From contig JANHCV010000001.1 of the NCBI GenBank assembly GCA_025594325.1, forward strand, positions 868,001 through 932,000: a stretch of 64,000 bases of DNA. The letters run 5' to 3'. Each line of letters starts with the position of its first letter. Position 1 is the first letter of the stretch. Source of the DNA: Blastocladiella emersonii ATCC 22665 (Eukaryota; Fungi; Blastocladiomycota). Below are positions 34,618-47,183 of this stretch, piece by piece. Made by a program: the position numbers and the translations under genes. The notes below the pieces were generated by a model. It saw only the letters and a list, made by a program, of their open reading frames with translations, was not told where the DNA came from and did no database searches.

Positions 34618-37600
34618 TCAAAAATCGTGCTGCTGGAACCCCGCCTTCCCGCCGGGCCCGTACCCGGGCGGGAACCCGAACGTGGCCGACGTCGGAGACT
34701 GCATCCCCGCCATCTCCTGCGCCGCCGCCCCCGCCCCGACTGGGTCCGCCGACGCGACCGCGGCCGCGTGCCTCGCGAGCCCGGACCCCGCCAGAATCGC
34801 GGCCGCTGCCGCCGCCGGCACCGCGGCGGGCGACGTGGCGACGTCGATCCGCGTGATCGAGTTGCTCCGCGACGCGTGCGCGCTGGTCCGTGGCGACGCG
34901 GGCCCGCTCGGCGGTAGACCCGGGGGCGCGGGCGCCGGTGCGGGCTCGACGCTGACGAGATCCGCCGCGGAATCAATCTCCTCGGCGAGCGCCGGCGGCA
35001 GCTGGCCCTCGCGCAGCTGCGTCGCGAGCTCGGCCCACAGCCCGCGCAGCGCGGCCGCGTCGCGGCAGAAGGCGAGGAACGCGCCGCGCAGGGTGTCGGC
35101 GTGGGTCGCGGCCGAGACGGCGGCAGCCGCCGGCGTCGCTGTTGCAGCAGCAGAGGTGATGCGCGTGGGCGGCGGGACCACGGTCGTCAGGTACACGGGG
35201 TTCGGGATCCACAGGAGCCCGTCGGCGTGCGGGCGGAGCACGACGAACGCGGCGCCCGACCGGTGGATGAACTGCGAGTACTTCGCGTCGCGCCGCTCGT
35301 ACGAGTACCGCGTCGACCCCGCGGGGAACTTGTCGTCGGCCTCGATATCGAGCACGAACCCGAACCGCTTGACGAGCGCGGCCTCGTAGAACAGCGGCGA
35401 CCCCGCGGGCGGCGGCGGGTCGGTCGGCGGCGCCGCGGCGATTCGGACGACCGTGGGCGCGTGGAACGGGTTGGCCTCGTCGCGCTCGCGCAGCAGCTTG
35501 ACCTGGTCGATGGGCGCCTGCACCAGCCGCAGCCCACACTTTTCGCCGATCCGCGACCACTGCGTCAGCGTCTCGGCGATCCGCCACGTCGTGCAGTTGA
35601 GCCAGTGGATCTGCACCGAGTACGTGTGGTGCGGGTTGTGGTGCAGGTCAATGTGCAGGGTGGCGACCTGCCGCCGCTCCGATTTCTGTGTCAGGTCCAG
35701 GTTGATCTGCACCCGGCGCGACATGTCGACCGTCAGCACGGGCGCGGGAGGGTCAGAGTGCTGCGGCTCGGCGCCCGCTGACGCGAAGTGGTACCGGCCC
35801 GGCGCACCGCTGCCACCGCTCGCGAGACCCGCGCCCGAGGTGCCCGGGACCGTCGCGGCCGGCGTGAGCGTCGGACCCATGAACCCGACAATGTGCTGCT
35901 GCTGCTGCTGCTGCTGGGTTGCCGTCGTCGCGACCGAGCTAGCCATCACGCCAGGTCCCGCCGCCGCTACGGCAACGGTCGCCGTGGTCGAAGTCGACGT
36001 GCCGAGCCCGAGCTGCTGCGCCGCCGACGACACGTCCTGCGAGAAGGCGAGGTGGTGCTGCTGCTGTTGCGAGTGCGGCCGCGACTGCGACTGCGAATGG
36101 CCGCCAACGATCGCGCTGCCCGTGCTGCCCACAAGCCCGAGCCCGATGCCGCTCGCGTTGCTCTTACCCGTGCTGGTGCCGTGGTGGTGCGCGTGGTGGT
36201 GGTGATGATGGTGGCTGTGCGACGACGGGCCCTGCTCGTCACCACCGTTCGCCGACGCCGCGGCAGTCGCGGTCGTGGCCGAGGTGCTGCCCGTCAGCTG
36301 GCGCGACCGGAACCACCCGCTGCTGCTCCCGCCCCCACCCCCGCCGGCCGTCGCGTTGGCCGCCGTCGCCGCAGCCGCGCCCGCAACAGGCACGGGCGCG
36401 GTCTGGGACGAGTTCTCCTCGCCGCCGGAGCGCAGGTAAAGGTCGGACCGCAGGCGGTAAAAGTAGTGTCCGTCGAGGAACCCGTGGCGCTTGAGGACGT
36501 GGATGAAGATGCCGGCCTTGAGCAGCGCGTTGCCGAACGCGACCGCGTCCTCGCGCGTCTCGACGTCGGGCAGCGCGCGGAGCATCCAGTCGACGGCCTC
36601 GCTCCCAATGAACACGCGCTCGTACAGCTTGAGGTGCCACCGCCGGTCGCTGAACTTGACGCCGTGCGCCGGGTGCTGCATCGCGTACGCGATCGCCGTC
36701 GGCTTGCTCTCGCGCGACGGGCGCTCCGGCTGAATCCCGGCACTGCTCGCGCGACGCAGCGACTGCAGCGCGCTGCCGCTCCCGCCGCCAGAGCTGGACC
36801 CGTTCCCGTGCGCGAACAGCCCGCGCGTCGACACGCTGGTGCCTGCGAGCGGGTACCCGGCGGGCACGCCGGGCGGGGCGGTGGCGGCTGCCGCCGCAGA
36901 ACCCGCCCCCTCCTCGAGCTCGCGCTCGCGCGCGGCAATCTCGCTGCGGATGTGCGCGGACCGCGTCAGCGACGTGATCTGGACGCGCAGCGGGGTGCCG
37001 TCTGTGACGTGCTTTTGCATGGTCTCCATGAGCTTCATGAACCCGGCGATGCGCAGCTCCTCCTCGTCGAGCGAGTCGTCCTTGGTCGTGTTGATGGACG
37101 CCGGGACGTGGTCCATGGGGATGAACACGAACCGCGCCCGGAACATGTGGTACGTGTCCATGTCGTCGTCGTCGTCGTCGTACCCCGAGATCAGGTGGTC
37201 GACAAAGTTCCAGTTGAACATGGCCTACACGCGAGTCGTCCAGTGTGAGCTGACGAGGCTCGCCAACCCCCCGAAAAAAGAGAAGCGTACCAGCTGCGGG
37301 TAGTTGAACGTGGTCGACCGGTTGACAAACTGCGCCTCGTCGCGCGACCACAGGCTCATCTTGTACTGGATCGACCGCGTGAGGTAGTCGAGCCGGCGCA
37401 CGTACCGCTTCACCTCGACGCAGTGGTCGGCGCTGAGCGACAGCTTGTGCAGGTGGTGGCCCATGCTCATGAACGTGTCGCGCGCGACGCCGCCGCCGAG
37501 CCCGCTCGCCCCCGGCGCGTGCGTCGGGCCCGACGACAGGACAATCTGGAACCCCTGCGCGAGCCGCAGCGAGATCATCTCGGCGAGCAGCGCCTCGGCC

Positions 37601-40600
37601 GCCGCGACGCCCGGCGCGCTCTGCCCCGTCGGATCCGCAACGCTGCTGTTGCCAATGCCAATGCCGATGCCGCCGGCGGGCGCGGCCGGGTCGCCAAACT
37701 CGTTGGGCGACACCGTGTACGTGTACTCCTGGTACAGGTCCATGAGCTCCTCGGCGGTCGGGAAGCTGTCGGTGGTGATGGGCAGGCACGCCGGCGTGCA
37801 CAGCGAGTTCCACAGCGGCGCCGCGACCCGGTACGCCGCCGTCTGCGGGTACACGTGGTGCCACCGCTGCAGGTGCGACGACAGCTTGACCACGTTGCGC
37901 TTCGGGCTCCACGGGCTGATCAGGTTCGGCCGCAGCTGGATCGCGTAGTGCGACGCCGGGACCGCCGCGGGTTGATGCGAGCACTGCGACAGCGGCGGCG
38001 CCGGGTACAGCTGGCTCGTTGGGTTGGTGCCCGCGAGCCCGCCCGTGGCGACACCGCTCCCGCTCGCGCCGAACGCGCTCCCGCGCTGGCTGCTGTCGTT
38101 CATCCCCGCCATGCGCGTCAGCTGCGATCCGGCGAGGAACTGGTTCGCGCGGCGCGGACTCTGGCCCATGGGACTCGTCGGCCCGACCCCAACGCCCGCG
38201 CCCGAACCGGGTAGCCCGCCGCGCGTGACCGAGACGGGCATCGAGTGGTCGTCGGCGTCCGGGATCGGCTCGAGGTGCGAGTGGTACCCGCCGCCGCCGC
38301 CGCCGCCGCCGCCCGCCGCGGGCCCGATGACGACGCCGGGACCGGGCGCGGACGCCATCCCGCTCATGGCAGCCGCCGCGCCGACGCCCGACTCGTACGA
38401 CTCGCGGAGCCCGAGCCGCGCGTGCATCGACTCGTTGGTGCGGCGCGACGCGGCCATCTCGGCCATGGTCTCGAGCCCCGTGCGGCGGAACGAGTGCGCG
38501 GCCGCGGCGCGCGCCATGTACGACGCGGACGCCGGGCTGGTGCTCATGATCGGGACGTGCTTGGACCGCACCACGGGGATCAGGAGCGACGAGTCGCTGC
38601 TGGCGCGCGGCAGGTTGCCGTGCGGGCTGGTCGTCATGGTGAAGCTGGTCGACAGGTGCGCCGACGCGTTCGGGCCCGCGGCGCCGCCCACCCCGGTCCC
38701 AGCACCGCCGCCGCCGCCGTCCTCGTCGCTCATGACCATGGTGAAGGCCGAGTGGCTCGGCGGCCGGGTCGACGCGTCGAGGGCGAACCGCAGGCGGTAC
38801 ATGTTCTGCTTGAGGGCGGCGCCGCCGGCGGGGGCCTCGGGACGGCTGAAGATGGCGTCGTCGTAGCCCTCGAGGTCGGCGGGGTCGAGGTACGGCACCA
38901 CGGGGTTGACGCGCAGCTGGTCGACCGTGTTGAGCGTGAGCGACGGCATGCGGGCGCGCACGTTGAAGGCGAGCGGATCCGCCGCGTAGTAGTACGACAC
39001 GTCGATCCAGTCGGGCACCGTGAAGAAGAGGTACTCGGGGTTGTCCTCCTTGTCGTCGTCGTAGTAGACGGGGTCCCACGACTCGGCGCGGCGGTCCTTG
39101 GCGATGGCGGACCGGCTGGTGCGCGGCTCCTCGCCGTGGTGTTCGGCGTACGGGAACTTGGACGTGATGAGGAACAGCGGCGTCGCGTGCAGCGGCGGCG
39201 GCGACATGCACACGAGGTCGAGCGCCACGCCGTTGTCGAGCATCCGCTGCGTCGTGAGCCGCAGCAGCCGCTTGTCGGTCTCGAGGTACCCCGTGCCGGC
39301 GGTCACGATCTGGATCGACAGGCCCGTGCGCACGAAGTCGAGCTTGCGGTCGACGTAGTGCTTGTCGTGCGGGTTGAGGGCGAGGTTGACGGCCTCGAGC
39401 AGGTTGCCGAGGTGCGCGGGCGCGAGCTCGCCGCGGACCACGGGGACGCCGCCCTCGTTGACGAGCAGCGCGTTCGAGATGAAGCGGTGGTACTCGGCCT
39501 TGAGGTGGCCGAGCACCGTGGTCCAGTCGGCGCGCGTCTCGGCGTCGATCAGGACCTTGTACACGTCGCGGTACCGCTGCCCGCTCGAGCTGATGCTGAG
39601 CGGCGTCGCCGTGTAGCTGCTGTTGATGGCCTCGGGGAAGATGCGCGGCACGCCGTCGAGCGACGAAAAGTCGTAGTGGCCAAACGACGCGGCGCCCGAG
39701 CGGCCGAACCCGGGCGGCATGGTGCTGCTGGCGTCGGCGGCCTCGGTGGCGCGCACGCTCGCGTCGTCGTAGAGCACGCGGCTGAACAGGACGATGGTGA
39801 CGAGGTGGTTGACCTTGAGCGCGGTCCAGCGGGCGAACAGGTCGGGCAGGAAGTCGTGCACGACCTTCTCGAAGCACAGGTCGCTGTCGCCGTTGACAAA
39901 CTCGGTCATCTCGCGCGACAGCTGGAGCAGGAGGTAGACGTGGGCCGACTCGGAGCGGAAGATGGTCTTGGTCTGGTGCGTGATGTAGCCGCACGCGGCC
40001 TTGCGGTGGCCGCGCACGATCTCGCGGATGTGGACGCGCAGGCCGCCGGGGAACGACATCTTCTTGCTCGCGTAGACGCACTGGCCGACCATGGCCTGCT
40101 TGATGCGCCACATGTCGCTGCGGCTCATGTACTGGTCGCGGATGGCGAGTTCGACGTAGTCGGCCTCGACCGTCTCGGGGTTGATCTGTGCGGGTGTGTC
40201 GGGCGTCAGTTTCGGAGTCGCGCGAGTGGCACGTGGGAGGGGTCGTACCGGCCGAATGTGCACGTCGGTGCGAGCCTGGAACGAAAAGAGCTGGGCAATG
40301 TGGTTTGCGACGGAAATCTGTACACGGTGGAGCGCAGTTAGATCTACCTTCGAGGTACCGAGGCAAGGCATGGCGTACCTGCAGCTGACCCTTGCCGGTC
40401 ACGTCGTAGTCGGCGACCTGCAGAACCAGCGCCTGGTCCGAGACCACGGGGCCCTCTCCAGCCGCGGATCCGCTCTGCCCAGCGGCGCCCGACGGGTGGT
40501 AGATCTCGACGAGCGAGCCGGGGCGCAGGTTCGGGAAGATCTCGTGGTTGAGGATCAGCTCGTGGCGCGAGAACCGCTCATCGTGCACCCACAGGTTGTA

Positions 40601-40789
40601 GCACTTGGGTTGCGGAACCGGTGGGGCCACAGGAGCGGCCGTTGGCGCGGGCGCTGTGTTACCCGCGGCCCCAGGTGCCGGGCTCGCCGCGCCCGCGCCG
40701 GCGGGAACGGTGGCGGAGGTCACGGCTGCGTCATCATAGTGCAGGCGGCCGTCCGTTGCAGCAGGTGGGGGCCCGCCGTATGCATGCAT
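34618..40789 (-). CDS. IML1: GATOR1/SEACIT subunit Iml1/DEPDC5, full length, multi-exon
   Basis: YNLWVHDERFSRHELILNHEIFP, ELAIRDQYMSRSDMWRI, TIFRSESAHVYLLLQLSREM, GNLLEAVNLALN, LWNSLCTPACLPITTD, RLAQGFQIV, DEP domain DRRWHLKLYERVFIGSEAVDW, C-terminal YIHRSG-like QFIHRSG. Confidence 0.95.
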
Positions 40790-40839
40790 GGGAGTGTGTG
40801 GGCTCGCGTGCGGGGGAAGCGCCAAGAGGCGAACGCGCT

Positions 40840-41287
40840 CGCCGCCAAATCGAGCAGCTCTCAGCCTCTCACGTGACCAAAACGCGTCACGCGTTATTCT
40901 TTTTTTCCTGTTTCGCGCCTCAACGTCGACGCGGCGCGCTCCGAACTCCCCCGAAGAAACTTCCAGTGTGCAGTACTTTGCCCAACGCGAAAATCAAACG
41001 TCAGTGTAACACCGCGGTCCACCAAGTTTAATGGTTGCAGAGGTTGTTCAGAGTCGGGGTACACGGTCGGCGAGACGGTTGCTGGGGTTGAGCTCAGAGC
41101 TCAGCGTGCGGCAGGCACCTGCTGAAAGCGTCGCGGCCTGAGCCCTAGTAAACGAGCCACTACGTGCGCAAACAGAATATGGACACAGTCTTGCATCTCC
41201 CTTCAGTCCGTCAGATGGGGTATGCTGCGCCGGACGTGATTGGGTGTGACGCGTGCACGAGCTTACAGGGTTTCGAGTCCCCTGCAC
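40840..41287 (+). repeat. Left arm of a diverged ~440-bp inverted repeat (also the IML1 upstream/promoter region)
   Basis: Aligns in blocks with the reverse complement of 47975-48407, e.g. CTCTCAGCCTCTCACGTGA.CAAAACGCGTCACGCGTT, GGTTGCAG.GGTTGTTCAGAG.CGGGG, CTACGTGCGCAAACAGAATATG, GGGTTTCG..TCCCC. Confidence 0.9.
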
Positions 41288-41630
41288 GCGGCTACACTCA
41301 ATCACGGATCGTACGTGGCCAATTCAACGTCTGCACAGATATTTTGTTTTCCTTCCGGGTACTACTGGACGCTAAAACGCTGTATTTTTCCCCTGACACG
41401 ATGTGTCATCTCTTTAGTCGGTTTGTGCATGTCGTTGCCTTTAGGCGGGCTCGAAAAGTGATGGGAGCACGCGCGGGATCAGCGACAGTTCACAGTTTCA
41501 TAGTAGGTCGCCACGTGTCGCCACGTATGAGGCGACAACGTGGCTGCTCTCGACCGCGCGCCCATTCACGACTTCGCTCGCGATCCCATCGTGCGGTGCT
41601 GCCGAATTCAGCGAGAATGCAAAGTCGACT

Positions 41631-43223
41631 CTATTCCTTGCTCCAGAGGTCGTCAACGACGATCACCACCATGCTCAGAACACGCTCGCGGAGCTTCAGG
41701 CTCAACCCTTCGAACAACATGTTGAGTACGTTTCTGGCCGACTCCACGACACTCGATCGAGCGGGCATCGCGTCCAGACGAGTCTGGATGGGCTTGAGGT
41801 CATAGAACACTCGGTGCTTGTTGGGCCGCCACTCCAACCGCGCCTCGCGCATGGCAGCGACGATGGTCTCGCCGAGTGCGTACGGGTGGAACATGAGCGG
41901 GCACGAGTCGCGCGGGTGGACGTGGCTGGACGGCGGGCACAGGTCGACGAATTTCTTGCAGAACCAGCACCCGCGTTTCCAGTCCGCTTCGACGTAGCCG
42001 CACGCCCTTGCTTCAAAGGCAACCTTGGACAAGAAGTTGCTCATGTGCGCGACCGTGCCGTCGGGGTGCCACAGGATGTTGTTGACACCGCGCGGGCTGG
42101 GGCTCAAGTAGTTGAGCAGACGTTCGGCAAAGCATAGGCGCAACGGCCACGTTTGCTCGAGTTTATCGGCTTCGCCAGGTGCGGCTTCTTCAAGCAGCGC
42201 GTGCCACTTGGCGTAGTATTCGGGGATCAACATGCCAGGCACCCGCGGCAAGTTGAGAAACCGCGCGGCCCAGTCGCGGCGACCTGGATCCGCCGGGTTG
42301 ACCGAGTCGAGGAAGACGCGCTCCGCCTGCTCGTCCGACATGCTGGTGCGGAGAAAGACGGCGTAGACGTGGTAGACGCGCCATGGAACGTTGGAGCTGC
42401 ATGCGAGAAGCGCGAGCGCCAGCGTGACGGGCCGCGGATAACAGTCGCGCGATGCTGCGGCACGGCGAAGCCATTTGATGAACTCGCGGGGGTCGGTGGT
42501 GGAGGGATGCGGCGAGGTTTCCTTTTGCCGGAAGGTGGGACCATGATCGCGCATGTAGTGAAAGAGCTCGCGCAAATCGTACAAGCGAAGCTCATGGCCT
42601 GGTCTTTTGCTCGGGGAGCGGTGCCGACGCGACGAGCGGGTACGGGAGCCGGAACGGGCACGAGACCGAGAGCGTGCGGGTGAGCGCGACCGTGAGCGCG
42701 ACCGTCTTCGGGGAGAGCGACGTGCGGACCGTGAGCGCGACCGTGAGCTCGGCCGTCTGCTGGACGAGTGACGCGCAGACCGAGAGCGCGACCGCGACCG
42801 CGAACGGCCGTCACGAGATGAATGCGATGGACGATCGCGGGTCAAAGATTGGGATCGAGCTCGATACTTTTGCAGGTCGTCCTTTGATTGCGCTGGAGAA
42901 TGGGATTGAGTTCGATCCAACGGAAGCTGCGTCCGATCAACCGGCGCAGATATGCGTGTAAGCTTGTTGTCATTGGCAATCGAAACATCACTGCTCCGTT
43001 TGGGGTAATCATTACCTGGATGATCCAAGGCGGCCACAGCGCATTCCAACTTCTCGACGTCACTCGTGAGTTGCGCATATCTCTGCTTCATAATTGCAAG
43101 TTCGTTGCCACCGGTAGGTAAGTCGCGCATTCGCAAGAGAAGTTGAATTGACTGAACGCGCAAGTCGAGAAGTTGCTTTAACGAGTTTTCGTGATGCTCG
43201 CGACTGCGGTTCGAAAGCGTCAT
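41631..43223 (-). CDS. Stand-alone retrotransposon Gag-like protein (coiled coil, RS-rich linker, capsid-like region, expanded Zn knuckle)
   Basis: Intronless 530-codon ORF (first ATG 43223) with codon usage unlike the flanking housekeeping genes. DPREFIKWLRRAA and NLPRVPGMLIPEYYAKWHALL resemble Gag capsid motifs. CWFC-x13-H-x4-C knuckle-like motif. No pol nearby. Confidence 0.55.
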   Translation of the reverse strand: MTLSNRSREHHENSLKQLLDLRVQSIQLLLRMRDLPTGGNELAIMKQRYAQLTSDVEKLECAVAALDHPGNDYPKRSSDVSIANDNKLTRISAPVDRTQLPLDRTQSHSPAQSKDDLQKYRARSQSLTRDRPSHSSRDGRSRSRSRSRSARHSSSRRPSSRSRSRSARRSPRRRSRSRSRSPARSRSRARSGSRTRSSRRHRSPSKRPGHELRLYDLRELFHYMRDHGPTFRQKETSPHPSTTDPREFIKWLRRAAASRDCYPRPVTLALALLACSSNVPWRVYHVYAVFLRTSMSDEQAERVFLDSVNPADPGRRDWAARFLNLPRVPGMLIPEYYAKWHALLEEAAPGEADKLEQTWPLRLCFAERLLNYLSPSPRGVNNILWHPDGTVAHMSNFLSKVAFEARACGYVEADWKRGCWFCKKFVDLCPPSSHVHPRDSCPLMFHPYALGETIVAAMREARLEWRPNKHRVFYDLKPIQTRLDAMPARSSVVESARNVLNMLFEGLSLKLRERVLSMVVIVVDDLWSKE

Positions 43224-43573
43224 GAACGGCCGCGAGCCGCCGCGGCCGTCCGCCAAAGCAGCTCAACTAGCGGATTGCATGGAGTTTCGTTGCGATACAT
43301 GGTCGTTCATCTATTGGCCTGGAAGCGAGCGCGCGCGACAGGGCGCGTCGCGCTTCTGGTCGAAGCAAGGCGGCTACCCTCACGTGATATCGAAACGCGT
43401 CGATCGAGCGCAGACAGGGGGGCTGGCGCAGATGTGATCCGCGTCGGAAGGCGAGCCGTGAGGCGCTGCTCTCGAGGCACAGTAATCAGCACTGCAGACG
43501 GTCTGAAGTCGTTAGGCGGCCAGTGTCACAAGTTCTCAAGTTGTGTATGGTTCACTCGCACTTCACAGCTCCA

Positions 43574-44827
43574 TCAAAGGTCGACCGACTCCTCGCTCAT
43601 AGACGTCCCGACCCAGTCCCAGATCCGGTTCGCGCCGAGGTTATGCGAAAAGTAGGGCCGCATCACGTCGGCGCCCACGACGGCCAGCTCCTGAGTCTCG
43701 GGGTTGACGACCTGGCCCGCGCCGTCATTCATGCCCAGGTACAGGAACATTTGCGGCGGGAGCCGCGTCCACGGCTTGAGTGGCGACCCCTGGATGTCGG
43801 CGACGACGTTGTCGAGCGCATGGCGGGCCTGGCCCCACGCGACGTATCCCATCTTCACGTCGGTCGTCTTGGCCACGTTGCCCACCGCGTACACGTTGCC
43901 GAACGTTGAGTCCTCGATCTGCAGCGTCTCGCGTACCTTGACGAACTTGGTCGCCTCGTCGACCGACTGCGGCGACAGCGTCGCGAGCGCGTCGCTGTTG
44001 GGCTTCATGCCCGTACACAGGAGCACGAGGTCGACGCCCGACGCGAGCACGCTACCGTCCGTCGCCTTGACCTCGATCGGCGCCTGCCCCACGTCGGCGA
44101 GTGACGCGGACTTGGCCCACTCGGGCACCGTGCTCAGGTCGACGCGCTTCTCCATGACACGGACCACGCCGAACTTGTCCAGGATCGCGCACGCGGCCTC
44201 GGCGAGCTCGGGCTTGTAGTCTGGGAGGTAGCTCGCGCGCGAGTGGACCAGCGTGACGGCCGTCGACGGATAGTGCTCGCGGATCTCAGCCGCCAGCTCG
44301 ATGCCTGCCGCACCGCCGCCAACGACCACGACCGACGTGGCCGCCGCGATGCGAGCCTGGTACGCGGACAGCGCCGCGAGGGCCTCGGTCTTGGTGTCGT
44401 GCGATGACAGCGTGCACGGCTCCGGGTGCGTCGTTCCCGCCGCATAGATGAGGTACGAGTACGGGATCTCAACGATCTCGGGCTCCGAAGCACCATCGCC
44501 CGCCACCACGACACGGATATGCGTGGCCGTGATCGACTCGGCCGTGCCCTGGACGAACACGCCGCGCGCCTCGTCGCCGCCGAAGATGTTGTTGTACGGC
44601 GCGAACAGCTCCTTTTCGAAGCCGGCCACCACGCTCGCCCGCGGGAACGTGTACATGTAGTGCATGTGCGAGTGCTTCTCGACCAGGACCACGCGGTAGG
44701 GCGACGGGAGCCCGCCCATGTCGCGCAGCTTGACGCAGAGTCCGACGCCGGCGCACGAGCCGCCGATCACGACCACGTTCTTGTACTGGGCGTCGACGGC
44801 GGGATGGTCACTGGTGGTGATGGTCAT
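43574..44827 (-). CDS. AIF/AMID(FSP1)-like FAD-dependent pyridine nucleotide-disulfide oxidoreductase
   Basis: Intronless. VVVIGGSCAG FAD site, YSYLIYAAGT, VVVVGGGAAGIELAAEI, VTLVHSR, LLCTGMKPNS, VKVRETLQI...NVYAVGNV. Confidence 0.88.
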   Translation of the reverse strand: MTITTSDHPAVDAQYKNVVVIGGSCAGVGLCVKLRDMGGLPSPYRVVLVEKHSHMHYMYTFPRASVVAGFEKELFAPYNNIFGGDEARGVFVQGTAESITATHIRVVVAGDGASEPEIVEIPYSYLIYAAGTTHPEPCTLSSHDTKTEALAALSAYQARIAAATSVVVVGGGAAGIELAAEIREHYPSTAVTLVHSRASYLPDYKPELAEAACAILDKFGVVRVMEKRVDLSTVPEWAKSASLADVGQAPIEVKATDGSVLASGVDLVLLCTGMKPNSDALATLSPQSVDEATKFVKVRETLQIEDSTFGNVYAVGNVAKTTDVKMGYVAWGQARHALDNVVADIQGSPLKPWTRLPPQMFLYLGMNDGAGQVVNPETQELAVVGADVMRPYFSHNLGANRIWDWVGTSMSEESVDL

Positions 44828-45302
44828 TGCGATGATGGGCGTTTGACTAGCCAGGTCACAGATGCGCGACACGGGGCCTTCTTGAGTGAACCCTCGTCAT
44901 CGCGCGTGTGCGCTCGCAGTGGTTATCGTGGGATCAGAAATGAAGCGGACACCGAGGGCGCGGACCTGACGGTGCACCACCTCGCACCGCGAGCCACATC
45001 GGGAGAATTCGAAAACAACGACGCGTCCGACGCGTTATGTTGGAACATCTGATCTACCCGTTTCTCTCCTCGAATCGGATACACGGAAAAAAATGCTCGG
45101 CCCTTGTGGCCTTGCTTGCTTGAAGCGATGTGGATGCTGTTGATGCAGCAAGTGGAGTTTGAAACGACCTTCACTCGATCGAAAGGAGCGCGCTTACATT
45201 TCCATCAGATGCGCGCGGCGGCCGATACAGTACAAAGCGCAGTTCTACCCTCTTAAACCCGGACGTGCTGCTCCTCTTTCATCCCGCCCAACGACTACCA
45301 CC

Positions 45303-47183
45303 ATGTCTCACGAAAAACATGCATCCGACACACGCACGGCCGCGGCCACGGTAGACGCCCCGGGCAGCGTGCGCCGCATGGCGGTCATGGTCAAGTCGTG
45401 GTCCAAGCGCGACCTCTATGTCGTCTTTGCCGGGATCTTTGCCGTCGCCCTGTTCCGGACGCTGGCCGGCAGCATGGAGGTCACGGCCGAGCCGTTTGTC
45501 CTCAGTTCGTTCGGCCAGCACGACATGACGGCCGTGCTGCCCGTGTTCTCGAGTATTCTCGGCACGCTCACGTATCCTATCGTGAGTAAACTGCTCGACG
45601 TCTTCGGCCGCCCCGAGGTCACTGTCGTCTGCATCCTCTCTTACGTCGCCGCGCGCCTGCTACGCGGGATCGCCGGCTCGGTCTGGGTCTTTGCTGTACG
45701 ATTCGGTCTTGTCTTTCTCGTCTTACTCTCCCTCGCTGACTCATGCTCACGCCTAGTCTTCGGTGTTCTTTGACACGTTTGCCGGCTCTGGCATGTACCT
45801 GGTCACGCAGATTCTCATCGCAGGTGCGGAACGTTCAGCTCGCCCGTATTGTGCGCGCTCCTGACTGACGCGTTTGTTCAACAGATTCATCGTCGCTCGT
45901 CAACCGTGGTCTCCTCTCCAACATCGTGAACCTGCCGTTCCTCTTCACGGTCTTCATCGGTCCTCCCATCGCCAGCGCGTTTCTGACTTTGTCGTGGCGC
46001 TACATCTACATTTTCTCGGCCATCATCGTCCCGATCTCGGCGGCGCCGCTGCTGTGGAAGATGTTCGCCACGGACGCGCGCCTTCGCAAGTCAGGCGAAA
46101 TCGACGAGACCATGACCTGGCGCCATGCTTACGATGGCTTGACGCTCGCCAAGACCCTCGTCCGCCAGCTTGATCTGCCCGGCGTCGTGCTTCTTGCCAT
46201 TGGTCTCATTCTCTTCTTTCTCCCGTTCCTCATTGGCAACAAGATCGGCGGCTTCAGCAACGGTACGCCTTTGCATACCATCTCCCGCAATCGTGTAATA
46301 GCTAACCTCCACGATCATCCCGTCATGAATAGGTGGCGTCATTGCCATGCTCGTCATTGGTCTCGCGTTCCTGGCCTGCTTCATGATCTGGGAGATCCGA
46401 CACGCGCCGACCCGCGGCTACACGCCCATCATGCCGATCGAGTTTCTCACGACCCGCACGGCCATCGGGTCCATGATCACCATCTTCTTCGTCTTCATCG
46501 ACTACTACCTGTACCACACGTTCCTGCTCAGCTACCTGCGCGTGACCCGCCAGATGCCGTACGCGACGGCCGGGATCATTGACCAGCTCTACAGTCTTTG
46601 CTCGTCCCTCGCCGCCGTCTTCACCGGGGTCCTGATCAAGTACACGAGGCGGCACCGCATCTTCACGTACATCGGCATCGCGCTTCACATCACGGGCGTG
46701 GGCATGATGATCGCGTATCGTGGCCCTGACTCGACCGACTTCCAGTACGTTCTCAGCCAGTCGATTGCGGGCGTGGGCGGCGGCTTCCTCGTGTGCTCCG
46801 TCATGGTCGGGCTGCACGCGTCGGTCCCGCGCGAGTACATTGCCTCGACCACCACGTTCTGGCTGCTCATGTCGGGCATCGGCGGGTCCGTGGGCGGCGC
46901 GATCGCGAGCGGGATCTGGAACAACATGTTGCCCGGGCAGCTCCGCGCGCTGGTGCCGAACATCACCGAGGACGAGCTGGCGCTGATTCTTGGCAGCATC
47001 GAGCACATTCTCGAGCTGCCCGTTCCGGTCAAGGCCAGCGTCATTGAGGCGTACGTTCAAGTGCAACGGTATCTCTCGATCGGCGCTATTGTCGCGCTGG
47101 TGCCCGCAGTTCTTGGCGTGTTCGCGATCAGTTCGCACAGCCTCGAGGAGACGAACTCAGAAGTGACGGAGAGCAAGGAGTGA
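45303..47183 (+). CDS. Siderophore-iron transporter (MFS, ARN/Sit1/MirB family), multi-exon
   Basis: SWSKRDLYVVF, PFVLSSFGQHDM, YPIVSKLLDVFGRPE, VFIGPPIA, LDLPGVVLLAIGLILFFLP, SIGGSVGGAIASGIWNN, VIEAYVQVQR, consistent with 14-TM fungal siderophore transporters. Confidence 0.85.

Noticed and set aside
41266-41287. Pol III box B-like GGTTTCGAGTCC (also ~47988 and ~49505), suggesting a SINE or tRNA
   Set aside because: Extra T in the motif, no box A at the right spacing and no cloverleaf.
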